Assembly (NCBI GenBank): GCA_950097015.1
Contig: CATNEN010000039.1
Coordinates: forward strand, 18,600,001 to 18,664,000
Direction of reading: 5' to 3'
DNA: 64,000 bases
Origin: Macrostomum hystrix
Lineage: Eukaryota > Animalia > Platyhelminthes
Shown here one piece after another: positions 1 through 13,300 of this stretch. Under the pieces are notes generated by a model. It made no database searches. It was given only the letters and a program-made list of their open reading frames with translations, and was not told the origin of the DNA. Numbering within the stretch: the first letter of the stretch is position 1; each line of letters starts with the position of its first letter. Made by a program: the position numbers and the translations under genes.

Positions 1-340
1 TGACAAAAAATTTAGTAAGTTGTTATTACAATAATTAAAAAGGATGACATTAATGTCAGTTAATGAATGTGTAGGTAGGTTGAAATGTAGTCTAACACTG
101 TCATAACGCACTGCTAACTTTGTCAATCTATTGGCTCAAGGGTTCAACAAAACATTCAAGCCTGATAAGGGCCTCAAAGAACAGAACCGTGTGGATAAAA
201 TTGAAATTAATGGCACAGCATATTTATATAAAGAGTTTTAGACCTATTCATACAAGCTGCTGTGTGGATAAGCAGAAAATTATCGGCACCAATCCATGTG
301 GATAAAATTAAAATTATCAGCACAGGACTGTGGGAATAAT

Positions 341-891
341 CCATAGTCCGGATCATGTCGTTTACGCCGGAGATCTCCGGCGTAAATCTGGTTTGGGATC
401 GGAGGCTGGCGTAAGTGCTTGGCGTAAGTATAGGCCAAAATGTGCCTTGGCATAAGTGCTTGGCGTAAGTACATGGCATAAATCAAGTGGCGTAAATGTT
501 AGCACAAATGAGATCATTCACAATCAAAGTATCACTATAGAACATAACACATTTGCGTTAATTATGATGTTAAGGAGCAGCATTAAAACAAAGTTCATTA
601 AAATATTGCAGTTCGTATAAATGAGATAGCAGAATATCTATTGTAGGATAGCAAAAGTTTTTTAGCTTTAAGATGCTTACTTTGATACTTGATTCAGAAT
701 TTGCAACTTGAGATTTTTTAACAGTTGCAACTTCTGAATTTAATTAATCACCGATTAACAAGAATTGTGAAGGACCTTTTTTGGGTGGCGTAAGTCAGAG
801 GGACCATTTTTTGGTTGGCGTAAGTCTGGCGTAAGTGCCAAAAATGTTGGATTTTTCCTCCGGCATAAGTCCAGCATGATCCGGACTATGG
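341..891. mobile_element. Non-autonomous DNA transposon (MITE), ~550 bp
   Basis: Perfect 17-bp TIRs CCATAGTCCGGATCATG (341-357) / CATGATCCGGACTATGG (875-891). Flanking direct repeat GGAATAAT (333-340, 892-899); alternatively a 10-bp GGGAATAATC TSD if the ends are 342/890. Repeated subterminal GGCGTAAG motifs at both ends; no coding capacity. Confidence 0.85.
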
Positions 892-899
892 GGAATAAT

Positions 900-1104
900 C
901 TCTGCCGGTCAAAAAACCTCATTGCACTGGTTCTGACAGTTAAACGAAAAACACCTGCAGGCTGAGGTGGAAAAGCTGTACAAGCACTGCCAAAGGGTGA
1001 TTGATATTGGGGGACACTATGTTGTTGATTAATACAGTTTTGTTCATCTGCAATTGTTAATTGGTCTGTTTTCCCCTCAGTGACATTACTTATGACACAC
1101 CTGA
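900..1104 (+). mobile_element. Decayed Tc1/mariner-type transposase 3' end and right terminus
   Basis: 952-1032 translates HLQAEVEKLYKHCQRVIDIGGHYVVD*, resembling the Tc1/mariner C-terminal 'RCxxVIxxxGxY' motif. It is followed by CATTACTTATGACACACCTG, which resembles a mariner-type terminus. Family assignment is from memory of the motif. Confidence 0.45.
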
Positions 1105-3633
1105 AGTACTTTTATATGGCTTAATGCAACATTTCCAAGAGACTTATTTTAGTACCTTACATTACTTTTTGTTAAAAACAACTGATAAATGCAACAAAAG
1201 TAATATATCTTAAGAAGTTAATGAAGTTAAAGTAGTCAAACCATTAAATAGTTAGCTAGCTACTTACCTAAAACTTTTTTATCCTTTTTTACAGCTTCAA
1301 TAGCTAAATTGTTCAAGCCTGTTTGGGTGTTACTATCATGATTGTCTCTACCATCATCTGTCACATTAGTTTCAGAATTATGCATAGCTAGCTGACTTTA
1401 AAATTTGAACTTAGAATGTAGCTACAGAGTAGCTGTAACTGTAATGTAAATGCAAATGGTAAAATACCCTTTGATATACTCTAGCTAAGGGTTCTGAGCC
1501 TTTATTGCCGGTTTTTGCTCTTTCCTACTATCTTTTTTATTTAAGCTACTGACTGAATTCAACTAGCTCCGGTTTTCAGAAATTAGCTAGAAAAAAGTTG
1601 GCTCTACTTAGCTGTTTGCCTAAAATAGTTACAACTTGTCGTCGACGTCAACACTTGTAGAAAGAAAAAACGAATAAATTTCTTTAAAAACGTAATGAGT
1701 CTGTGCTTATACACTTCGTATATATTGACTGGGACAACACAACACACTGCTTAAATATAGATAACCTTAGTTCGTTTCAAATAGTGATAGGTAGGTAGGT
1801 TAAGCCTAAGCTTAAGAAAATAATTGTGTTGTTCTTTCTTTTTTTGCACCACTGGTGAAAATGCTAAAAACAATTTACTTGTAAGCCAACATATCAAATT
1901 GAAAGTAAATATTTCTCAGTGTTTTATTTAAAAAAGTAAATAGCCTTTGAAACTCTGTAGAGTAATATTTTGTTTAAAAAATTTAAAAATGTGCCGGTGT
2001 TAAACGAAAAAATGTACTTTATTTATTGTTCGTTTCATTAATTTCAACGGGTTTCGGTCAATTGTTGTGCTGGGGCAGCGTGGCTAAATAAAGATCGGAG
2101 CAGTAATAGCTAAAAAATGTGGAAAAGAACGCAAGGCTTCAAAGGTGCTTGAATATAGACTGTTATAGACTATCAAGACTGTAACGTCAACAACGAACCC
2201 CCCACCGCGGCCTAGACCGGTTTGGCGCAGAAAGTAAAGCCCCAAGCCAATCTCAACTCGCCACGTGCGATTGAACTCAATGCGGCAAGCAAGCCGCATA
2301 CACAATACATGAGCCATCTTCAGGGTCTGTGTATAATTATATAGGCCGTCTTCAGCAGGGTCCGACGTGCCGGTGTTAATTGCAAGTTTTTGTTGTGATT
2401 TTCAAGTTGTGATTTAAAATTTCTAGTATTTAATTTGACTGCGCATCAAAGGAGAAATGCTATTTTCACTTGAGGTGTGGTTTTTTCAAAAGAATTGTAT
2501 AAATAAATGAGTTTAGAAGTTTAGAGGATTAGTGAGTTTTTTATGGCGATTCTAATTGTTCGATCTGGAAAGTTTAAAAGGAATAAAAAACATCTTTCTT
2601 TCAAATGGTATTTCGGATTGTGAGTCCCGACTATCGTACATATTAGATCTTCTTCGCAGAATCAGAAAGATTCATAAGCAATTTAGTATGCGTTGTTGAG
2701 TCGTAACCATGCAGATTCATATAAAAAACGCAACCGCTTGACCACAACACTTGACTATCTTTAGGAAATATGGATAAAAAGATAGATAAAAGCCGGAAAG
2801 CAGCAGCGATAGGCTAGTAGAGTAGTCATAATTATCTGAACAATGTTTCGTCAGTCGATCGACTCTGCATAGTTACTCTGCATGTGCAGCTGAAAAAATA
2901 CTTTAAGAATATTTTCATGCAACTTTGTTGTTAAACGGCCTTGTCCAATCTGGACTGCAGGTCAGCCCTTGTGGGGGCTCTACTGCTGTATATATTTTCT
3001 TGTATTAAAACATTTCTATTAAAATATAAATATAAAAGTAAAAAATAGAAATTTAGAATTTTAAAATTTTTTAGAAGGTCCGAAGTTTTGGTTCAATAAA
3101 AATAAAAGAAATAGATCGAGTGAAATTTTGCGATAGGTAAATCAGGTAACTATACTCGTATAGAAAACGAAAAATTATAGCAAAAATTAAAACAAATAAA
3201 TTGTTTGGCTCTGATAAACCAACAAAAAGGTACATTTTGAGTCGATTGATACTAGAGTAAATAGATTGGTCTATAGGATCGACTATAGCGCTAAATATTG
3301 TCACATAAGCATGCATTCGTCGTTTGCTGACTTCCGAAGTTACTACATATGGAAACACGGCGTTATACCTTACTTAGCTTGGCCAAGTCATGAACAATGT
3401 TAGGATACAATAGCACTGAATTATTACATAAGGAATTCAGTGACAAATTCACACCAACGCTGCCCGCACAACAATCCGACGTAAGCTGACCTTCCTTTAC
3501 CTTCGCACAATACCGAACAAAACCTTACAAAAAAATCTTAAAACACGAGCGTACACAGAATTATCTTAAAACGTGAAATTCGACTGGACGTTGGTGCAAT
3601 CTAAAAGTTCTATCGTTGGTGCTATCGATGTCG

Positions 3634-3986
3634 CTACGGGAGTCGGTGGCAGAGCGGTTAACGCTCTAGCCTGTGCCACTGAGCTCGATTCCGTGGCGAG
3701 GCCACATTCATTTGGGGTGCAGCCACGGAGAGAAGGCTTGGGGGCTTGTCGTGCAATTTACGCCCTTTGAGTGCCAACCTCCAAGACACAGTAGAATTTA
3801 TACACTTGACGATGAGAAAGTCAGGGCAGATATACACACTTGTGTGAGCGTGGGCCTGCGTACAGTATCTGTGTGCGTGTGTGCTCAGCAGTCAGCGAAA
3901 TGGGCAGAATTGCCTCCTCGCTGGCAACGGGTCTAGTGTCACAAATTTATGTCCCATTGCCCGCAGCCCTCCGGTAATTATTATAT
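3634..3986 (+). mobile_element. tRNA-derived SINE family 1, near full-length copy
   Basis: A-box TGGCAGAGCGG, B-box-like GCTCGATTCC, body shared with 8 other copies in the window, (ATT)n tail, TSD TATCGATGTCG (3623-3633) / TATCGACGTCG (3987-3997). Confidence 0.85.
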
Positions 3987-4378
3987 TATCGACGTCGGCC
4001 GACGTCGGATTGTTGTACGGGCTGTGTTCGCGTATCTATCGATTCTTGACTTCGTGTTGTTTACATCTATGACATGATCGCGAGCGACAATGTAAAAAAG
4101 CGATCGAAGGTTGGGTAGATTTACAAGTACTTAGAGAGAGCTGCTAGACATGGGGGAATTTCCATGAGTACGGATTTCACGTGGCAGATGAATAAAATAG
4201 AAGAAATAAAAATGTTTAATAGAAACAAAAAAGTTGTTTCTGATCGACTCTCGCGCTAAACACCCGGTAGTCGAGGCGCAGTCGCGGAAAGAGGGCTTAG
4301 CATAAATAGCGCTTTCTTAATAAAATAATAATAACAGGCACCTCAAGAGTAAAATCTGGGTCACTAACCCAGGGTTTC

Positions 4379-7300
4379 TCAGCTATTGGCTCGTTTCACA
4401 GCAGCTTCCGCCAGTCGAATAATTTTCCAAGCGGTCTCACAGGCAACGCGCCCATCGCTTGGGTTGAACGCTTCATACGGTGTACTTCCATTGTGCGGAT
4501 ATCGAGGGTCGCGATTTAGCAGCCGGCACAGCTTGTCCACCAGAGGCTTTAGTTTCACCTGCCAATCATCGCTGATCAATTCCAGGTGGTCAACAAGGCT
4601 GTGACTTCGCTCTACTGACCGACCCTCGGCGAGCTCAATGGAGATGAGCGCTTTCTCCGCAGCCTGCCAGCTCTGGTAGCAAGCCCAGCAAGATTTGTTG
4701 CCAGCTGTCTCCGCGGCAGTCTCAGCATCACCGTGCGCTGTCAGCAAATAACGCCGAGCTTCTTCAGCAGATGGAGGGATCCGATCGCTTAAGTCTGTCA
4801 TGCTGCACTTGATGGCGCCGCCGAATGCGCCCCCCATTGACACGGCCATCTCCATAGACATTTCCGAACGACCCGAACGATTCCGGCGCCTGCTGATCGC
4901 CGTGCTGCCGCTGATTTGTTCCCAGTCCGATTTTGACTGCTCGTAGGTATCAGACTGATTCTGTTGGACATTAAACCAATCGTCCTCCTCTGTACTTCGC
5001 ATTGTGCTGCGCAAACTGAGTTCGTTTTTTACTGGCGTCGTCGGATTGGAGTGTTTTGTACTTTGTACTTCGGAGATCGAAGCCGCTATGACAGGCTGGT
5101 CGTATTGGAAGGCCGATTTTTTGTCGCAGTCGGCGTAGGTCTTATCTTGGTCAGCAGTTGAGAATTTGGAGAGAGCCCATTCAGAATATTCAATCAACTC
5201 ATCGGGTGATTGTCGGTACTGCTCAGTAGATTGAATGCTGGCTAGTGTATCAGTGTGGTCAGTCTTAGTTTTAATAGACGTGTCAAGTACTGGAATTTTG
5301 AGACATGAGTGCGGAATGCCGTGCCTTTCTAGCAGTTTAGAAACTTTTTGCGCGTCTTTAAGAGCTTCTTTAAGGCATAGCAATTTGCAAATCACATTAG
5401 ATTGCTTGTCATCCAAAAATTGTTTTAAAAGATGACAAACAGCATCACCAAGTTCATTCTGCCAAAAATCCAGATAATCTGCATCGTCGGGTAGACTTTC
5501 CTGATGTCTTACATATAAGACACCATTCAAAACAGCGAAATCTTTCGGTTTTTCCGATTCTTCAACTCTGCGCGATTCAATGTAAAGCCCCGTTGCTAGA
5601 TTATATCGACAATCCAGTTTTAAATTATCAAAGGTTTCAGTCAAGCTATTAAGTGTCTCTTCCCTGTTTTTTGTCGTCGATCCGAATACGATAACACTGG
5701 ATATTCCGAGTCTAATTTCGCTGTTGTCGAGTTTTTCTCTAACCGATTCGCACGCTGGGCAGCCTAGAGCACCAGCTGTGCACTCGTTGCACTCTTCCAG
5801 TAGCAATTGCTCCGTAATTACTTGCGATAGTCGGCGAACATTCAGATTGCTCGCCAGGTGTTTCTCTAACAACCTTCGTTGATCAGAGCTAAAATGACAG
5901 AATTCCAGATCAAGATATTCGATACCAATTTGTGCAGGGTATTTGATGCGATTGAAAAACTCTACCGCGTCATTGATGACTAGCTTGTTTGCTTCTACAA
6001 GCTTATAAGTTTTTGATTCGTATGCAGTGCTCACTGATGCAGGCAAAAACAGAAGCTTTGAGGAGCTCAGGACTGGCGGTGACGACTGGTCTATCAGCTT
6101 TAACAGCAGTTTAATGCATTTGCCGACGGAAGCCAGCATATTGTCTGGAACCGACTCTGGACTCGAGTCTCGAATCATCCGAAGCGACTGTGCTACCTGC
6201 TGCAAAGTGGGCTTTCGTGTTGCCCCCAGCTTCACAAATAAGTCGGTGTACTTCAGTAATTCATTCGAGCATGCGAAAATCAATGGTGGAATAGCTTCCT
6301 CAGCGTACAATGTGACTTGCATCGGCATCGCAAATCTTTTGTCTTGATCCACCAGAAGACAAGGCAAATCCTTGAATTCACGCGGTTGCTGGTTGAAGTC
6401 TTCTGGCTTGAGATATCTCATATGGTCGTAAATCTTGTGCATTACTTTTGCTCTGATCTTTACCTGTTTGTCTGGGAGCTCAACTCCTATAAAGATCTTG
6501 TCAATAAAAAGAGTCCTTACGTGAGACCAAAAATCGGTGACGCTTGGAGCCTTCTGCAAGTATTTTTTAAAACATTTCAGCTCCTGAATAATAGCTGGTG
6601 CCACTGGAAGCACAGACCAACTAATGTATTTGGCGTCTGTTGCTACGCATTTGCCAATCGATGTAAAGTACGGAGATTGTCTTCTGTTTGATAAAAGTTC
6701 TTTTAGATCGGAGTCAAAATCAGCAACTATGAAATCTTTGACCGCAAGTTCATTAAGGAGCTTGTCCTTTTCACTGGTACTATTAAAGCTTGCAGCTTCC
6801 ACAAACTTTAGAAGAGACTCAGATTTAGCTGTCGCATCCTCGACAGGAAGACGAGCAATTGAATTGGCGAATTTCAGTACCATCTCGGTCGAGCACTCGG
6901 TCACTAATCCAGCCAACTTCATCAATTCGAGCCATTCTTCACCTTTAAAATTTTCGGGCAGAAAGTTATCTTTGGAAAGAAATTCAACGAGAATTTCCAC
7001 CTTGTGATCGTAAAATTCACATGCCCTGCGCCACGATCCGTTGAGTGGGATTATTTTGGCGTCTTGCAGAGCTGCAAGAAATTTCCTGCCTTCATTTGGG
7101 TTGCTATGTGCAACACTTTTGTAACCCCAGCTGAGCTGCTTCAGCTTTTCCAGATGCAATAACTTTGTGGAGTCAGAAAACTTATGGAAAGCCGGAAGAA
7201 CAAACTCTGAATAGACGGTGCAATCACTCATTTTCTTGCAGCGCACCTGATTCAGCAATCTGTCAAGCTCCGTATTCTCCTTCAAGAAGGCACAGTTAGC

Positions 7301-10300
7301 GGCTTTGCTCCAGGCGTTCATCTCTGCCGATTCAAAGTTTGCTGGCAAAATTCTGGCGCTTATTCCACCCAAAGCAACGCACTTTAGGTCTAAAGTGACG
7401 AAAATTGGTAGCTTCCTAACAGTTTTATCAAAGCCATGAGCATTATGCTTGATAACTCGCTCAATAGCGTTTTGATTGCTTTGCAGATAGAGACAAATAT
7501 TTTCTGCCATAGTCACAGTTGGCAGTTCTGGCGGCTTGACGGGGTTCTCGTTTAGTGCGAAGTGAAACACAGGTAGCATTGTAACTGGTTGATTTAATTG
7601 GCCTACTGAGCTCAGCAGGATGTCGATCCGAAAGGCCAGCTCAGGTGCTTTGAGTTGTTTTAAAGATTCTTTGATATTCTCATTGAGGTCGTTTAGGCAA
7701 TCGCCACAGTCGAACGAGATGCTAGACAGTCGAGAAAGCTTAAAGAGGTTGTCACAAAATCTATCGCTAGTTTCATTTCCTCGATTGAAACGCGTTGGCA
7801 CCAAAGCAATGTCCCAGACTGAGCCAAATACCTCCGTTATCTCTTTTTTCGACCCATAGCTCGCCTGGTGATATGCCTGCTCAAGAAACTGCCAGACGTC
7901 TCGCAGCCAATCAACCGGCTTCTTGTCTTCCAGCTCAGATTCAATGCTGCTTATCGGAACGAAAGCCGAGTTAGCGTCTAAGAAAAGACTTGGTAGAAAA
8001 CTGTGCAGACAGATTTGAAAATCTTTAATCTCGAATCGCTTATAAAGGCCAGAATCGCAAAGCGAGCTGCTGTGATCTTGCAATGGCCTTGCCTTCACGG
8101 ACGCAGGCTTCTTAAGGACTTCAAATATAATCTGATGGCAAAATAGGCCTCCAAGACCTCGAGCCTTTGCAGGAAACAGGCTGACATATTCGGTTAGAAA
8201 CTTTGGTTTGTTCGGTTCAAAAACCCGAAGCAATCCATCGGCTGTGAGGTTTAGTGGAGTGCCGAAAAGCGAAGTGAACAAGTCGTTCATCTCTGTGGTC
8301 TTCTCTAAGCGGAAAGCAGATCGCAGCAAATATTTCATTAGAATTTCGACACCATGGGCACTTTTTATTGGAGTTAGCTCAATTAGCATAGGTAATTTGC
8401 TTCTCAGATCTTTGCAGCATACTCCTTTCAAAAAGTTTATTGTGGCTTTTTCATTAAAATTAGGCACATAGGGTACTTCACTTTTTTGCAGACAGTAGCC
8501 AAAATTCTTCCCCTCAGCGACCAGCGGTACACGCAGTCGCGATAAAATATCGCGCACATCGCTAGGCAGATTCTCCTGCAGAAATGCAGCAGTTCCATCC
8601 ACCGAGTCCACAGTCTGAGCGAGGGGCTTCCAGTCGATTCGGCCATCAACTGTAACAGGGAAAAGTTTCCACTTATTGGCGAACACTTCTTTGTAGAAGC
8701 TATAGGTCAGTGTGGCCCACCGGGATTTGTCGCCCTCCTTGATGCTCGGAAACAAATTGTAGTAGCGTTGCAGCCGCGAATCCTTAGAGTCCTCCAGGGC
8801 AGTTTTCTGGCGCTCTGTCAAAGCCTTCAGCAGAGAAGCATAGCAGACGGGCACGGCAGCAGTTGTTAGCAGATTGTTCCACACTGTAGATACATCGTTG
8901 GAGTGAGCTTCCCAGAGATTTCTTCGAGAGTGGTCCAGAACAAAATGGCCATTGACATGTACTGGAAGGTCTGTCGTAAGTGGTAGTGGCAGCAGGCTAA
9001 ACACACGACGCTTCGACTTAAAAACATTTTCTTCATCAATACGAGCTGCAACACCAACCTTTGGCAGCGCCTTCCATCCGCCTTTAGTAATCGCAGAGCT
9101 TAGACAGGACTCATTTTGGCTAGAAATCTGGTCCTTTGAGCCAAGACCAAGTTGCTGGGCGACAAACCATTTGCTAATTGTTGTAAGTTCAGCGCGACTC
9201 TGGCTAGTGGAGCGAATTTCCGTGTCGTGGATTATTGACTTTAACGAATGCAGAATCCTGACATCTGCACCTGGCTGCACTAGCTGCCGGCCCAGTTGTT
9301 GACATTCTTCTCTGAATTTTGTAGCGACTGGTATGTTTGATGATATGTTTGATGACACTTCAAAGACTTTTGTCATTGGTCCGTCTGGTGAGAGATCAGA
9401 GAGAGTTATAGTCCGAATACTGGTTAGAAACAATAGTATTTCAGCCAGGTCACCCTTAAACTCGTGAAATAATCTGCTAATGCCTTCGGAACCCAATGGT
9501 TCCTTACTTAAGCAAATCTGAGATTCTTTCGCGGTTTCTTTATTTCTTAAAGGCAGCCGGAAAATGGTGGATCCAGTTGAGCACTCATTAGTGATGTTGA
9601 AGCCATCGAAAACATCGCAAAATAAATTCCTGACCTCTTCTAAGCCTTCATCCTTAAACATTCCACCAGGGCTTTCTGTACTAGCATGAGGCAAATACTT
9701 ACAGTGCGGGTCCATAATGCACAGGACACGATTGTCAGACATAAACATGGGCACATCGGTAACGTGATAGACACAGTTGAAGCCGATGCCATACTGGCCA
9801 GTCTTCCACGGTTGACTTTGCTTTGAGCCGACGCCTAGGTTTTGAATTCCATTAATGTCTTCGTCTGAGAAAACTGCATCGTTGACAATAACAAGAGCTG
9901 GTCCTTGTAAGTTCTTCCACTCGTCACTAATTATCTTCTCATTACCTAGGCTGCGTCTATCAATAATGAAATTTAATCTGGTAGCTCCGGCATCATCAGC
10001 GTTTTGCACTAGCTCCTTGAAGATCTCGATGCCAAGTGGATAGTCATTGAGAATCCCCCTGAGTCGCGTAGTCAGTTTCTCGCGCTGGCCGAACGAGAAA
10101 GGCTTGTAGTGCTTCTTAATCTGTTGATATCTCTGATCAGGAATGCCCAGTTTTTCACAGACGCCAGGTGCCAGGTCCGGATGCGTAAAACGCGAATTAG
10201 CAGCCCCGCTCAGCCATTTAACGCTGCCAAAGCAAAGGTCTGAGCATCGTAGTAAAAATCCTCCCTGGTCTGGAGCGAAGATTTCACTCGGCCGTGGTAT

Positions 10301-13300
10301 TTGCTCAGCATTGAGTTCACTGAGCCGTGCCAGCAATTCGATGCTGCACTTTCTATCCTTTTTACTGAGAGCGGCTCCGTTGTATTTCTCCTGCATCCCT
10401 TTTAGAACATTGCGATATGTGATCGCGTCGAATTTATCGCGCACGCCGACAGCGCGAAGGAATGGCAGGTATTTGAGTTGGCTGTTGGTATCACGGAAGT
10501 ATGGTGGCAGGCGATACAGATAAGGCAAGCACTCCACATCATCTTCGTCCAGTGATACCTGCTGAGGATGCAATGGGCCGAAATCGGAGTACAAGATAAC
10601 TGGAGATCCGCAAGCCACATAGTAGGCATTAAACTCTTCGGCAAGATGCGGCTTTTCAGACATTAGCTTGGACAGATGCTCATAAACGGCTATGCAAATT
10701 GCAAGGCATCTCACACTAACAACCTGGGACGCCAGCAACAGCTGCTTCGAAGCAACCTTCCAGGTAACTTCGCTTTTTAATCCTATCCGACTAAGCATTT
10801 CTTCCGGTATTTTAGCCACGACAGATTTATCAACGATGAGCTCACAGAGAGACACTAGATTCTCTTGGCTAAAGTGATATAGCGATCCAGGACTAAAGAG
10901 TTGATTCTCTGGAATGCTTTCAGAATGCCAACGCAACTCAGACAGCTCCGTTCCGTCGTATTTTTTCTTCGCGGGCAGGAAAGAAATGCTTGCTAACTCA
11001 CCCAGGCGATCAGAGAATTCTATTTTATGATCAGCAATGTATTTTAACAGCGTCCGCGTCCTTTGATGGCGATCGTCCTTTGACAGTGTCTTTATTGAGG
11101 CTGCTCGCTCCAACAACTCGTCGAAATTGATGTGGCTGCGCAAGCCTAACTCTGCTAGCGCACGACGAAGATTTCCTGATTGAAACTTTTTATGAGGGAA
11201 CACGGAATCTTCCTTGTCAAATAGAGAGGCTGCAGTGCAGCACGGATCTAGAAGCTTGCTGGCTGCGCATAGCTTGTGAGCTTGGTTTGGTAGGAAGCTG
11301 CAGGACCTTAACAAGGACCTGATTTTGTCTGATCTGAGCCAAAATGCCGAATCGTCTTCCTGAACCTGCTTCCTACTGATTGTTCTCAAAATAACTAGCA
11401 AAAGCTGACAACAGCTCTCACGCACTTGCTGTCTTCCAGGATAGCCTTCCCACAGTTTGTGAAGCTGTTCTAAAAAACTTGCGATAAATTGTTCGCCTGT
11501 CAAGAGCCTCTGGCCAATCAGACCGAGTCCAAGGGCAGCTTGCTGAACGCCTGGCGCCAGACCTTGCTCCAGGCCACAGCCTGTTGGAGCCAGTGACTGA
11601 GCAAGGCAACGAACGGCTGCTTTTAGTTTGGCTCCGAGTTTGCCCATGCTTAAAAGAGACTCGTCCAAAAAAATTACTTCCTGCAGAGGTTGCCATCCTT
11701 TGTTAGTCGGAAAAATACTTGGCGCATTGGGGCTTTCAGAAAAAACTGTCCTGTAGAAGCTGTCTCCGAGGTGGCGCCAGATGGTTCCATTTGTGGATTC
11801 CAGAAGAGGCCAAAGGTCGGGCGATCCTGGAATCTTGTGCTTAGCCAAATGTTGCAAGGCGGCAACGAGCGCTGTGCAGACAGCCTCCCGAAGGAGAGTA
11901 GCATTCCAGCGGCCCGGATGACAAGCGGCATCGGTCTCGTCCATTGTGGCTTCTTGCAGGTGGCGCCGGCTTGAAGTCACTGCAAAAGCGGCATTGACAT
12001 GAAACATAAGTGGCGTCTCGATCGGCAACGGCAGAAAATTGAATGCGACACCAGGTTTAACGACATCGACTGCGCAGTCGCTTGTGGAAGGTTGGACCAG
12101 ACGAATGGCTATGGTAGCTAGTGGTGGCCTTAGAGTATTGTTCTGCTGGAACATCTCAATTGATTCCTTCGATCCCAGGGCGGTGCTCATTAGCCATTCG
12201 TCGACTCGGGACGACACCGCAGCTAACTTCTCGTTGCCCAACCGTTTGGCCTCCTCCAGTTTAAGTCGGAGGTCGATCTTGAGTTGCAACTGACCAATAA
12301 AATCTTTGCTACGGCTGTTATTTTTTATGTGCTCCGTGGCTGCGTTCAGCACTCGAGTCTGTTGGAGCAAGTCGTCACTACCAATATTGCCTGGTAGAGG
12401 CTGGAGACATCTGATCAAACTGCGCTTCACCTTAAGCAGTTGAGAAACTTTTGAACCTTCTCGCACGATCAGTAGCTGTAGCTTCGATACAGACTGCGTA
12501 AAAAGCAACAGCAGATGGGCCATCTGAGCTGTCTTGCTGAATAGATCATTCATCTCGATCTCCCCGTAGGCCCGTTGACAGATTTTGGACTCGACAGCTT
12601 GTGCTGGCGTTCTGAGAGGCAGGCGAATCAGAGTGCCCCTGTAAGGCTGCTTACTGAGGTCGCTGCCGCAGCCCATAACGCCATTATAGGGTGCAAACTG
12701 ATGCGGGTACTGCGCCAAAGTCTGGCTTCCAATTGCCGATGCGAAGTTCAACTTCAGACCAGTGCTGCGCTCACTCTGTCGAGAGTACACCTGCGGAGCA
12801 TTCAGAGCATGGAGGATTTGTTTGGCTGACTCAAATGTCACGATAAATTTAATTATACGAGTGTACATTTGATGGATGTAGTTCCCCTTAGTTCCCCTTG
12901 TCGTAGTTAAAGAAGCCACAGACAAAAGTGCGATTCTCTTACATCTTCCAGGAAGCCCCGCCCCGGGTGCTCGCCATGTGGATCGAGCAGCTGCAGCCGG
13001 AAGCCGCTGAGCACAGCTGGCGCGTCTGTCAGATTGTAGACTGCGTTGAAGCCGAGACCGAACCTGCCTACCTTGCCAGCCTGGTTGCTCTTGGTGGCGC
13101 CGCCAAGGCTCAGCAGATTCTCAAAGTCGGCATCGGTGAAAAGCGAGTTGTTGTGCGCCCACAAGCTGGGACCCTAAATTTTATTAGAAGTAAAAAGGTA
13201 AAAAAACTTATTATTATTTTTTTATAATAGATGAAAGCGAGCTACTAATCTACTTATTAACTTTTTTGCATACAGCAGTCAGTCTTAGTCGACGCCGAAA

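Noticed and set aside
1240-1640. AGCTA-rich stretch, possibly an old hAT subterminal region (also ~23200-23330, ~50190-50320)
   Set aside because: No matching TIR pair or TSD could be defined.
12791-12942. Apparent frameshift/pseudogenisation between sacsin ORFs 12907-13164 and 4379-12925
   Set aside because: Explained by a 152-bp phase-0 GT-AG intron.
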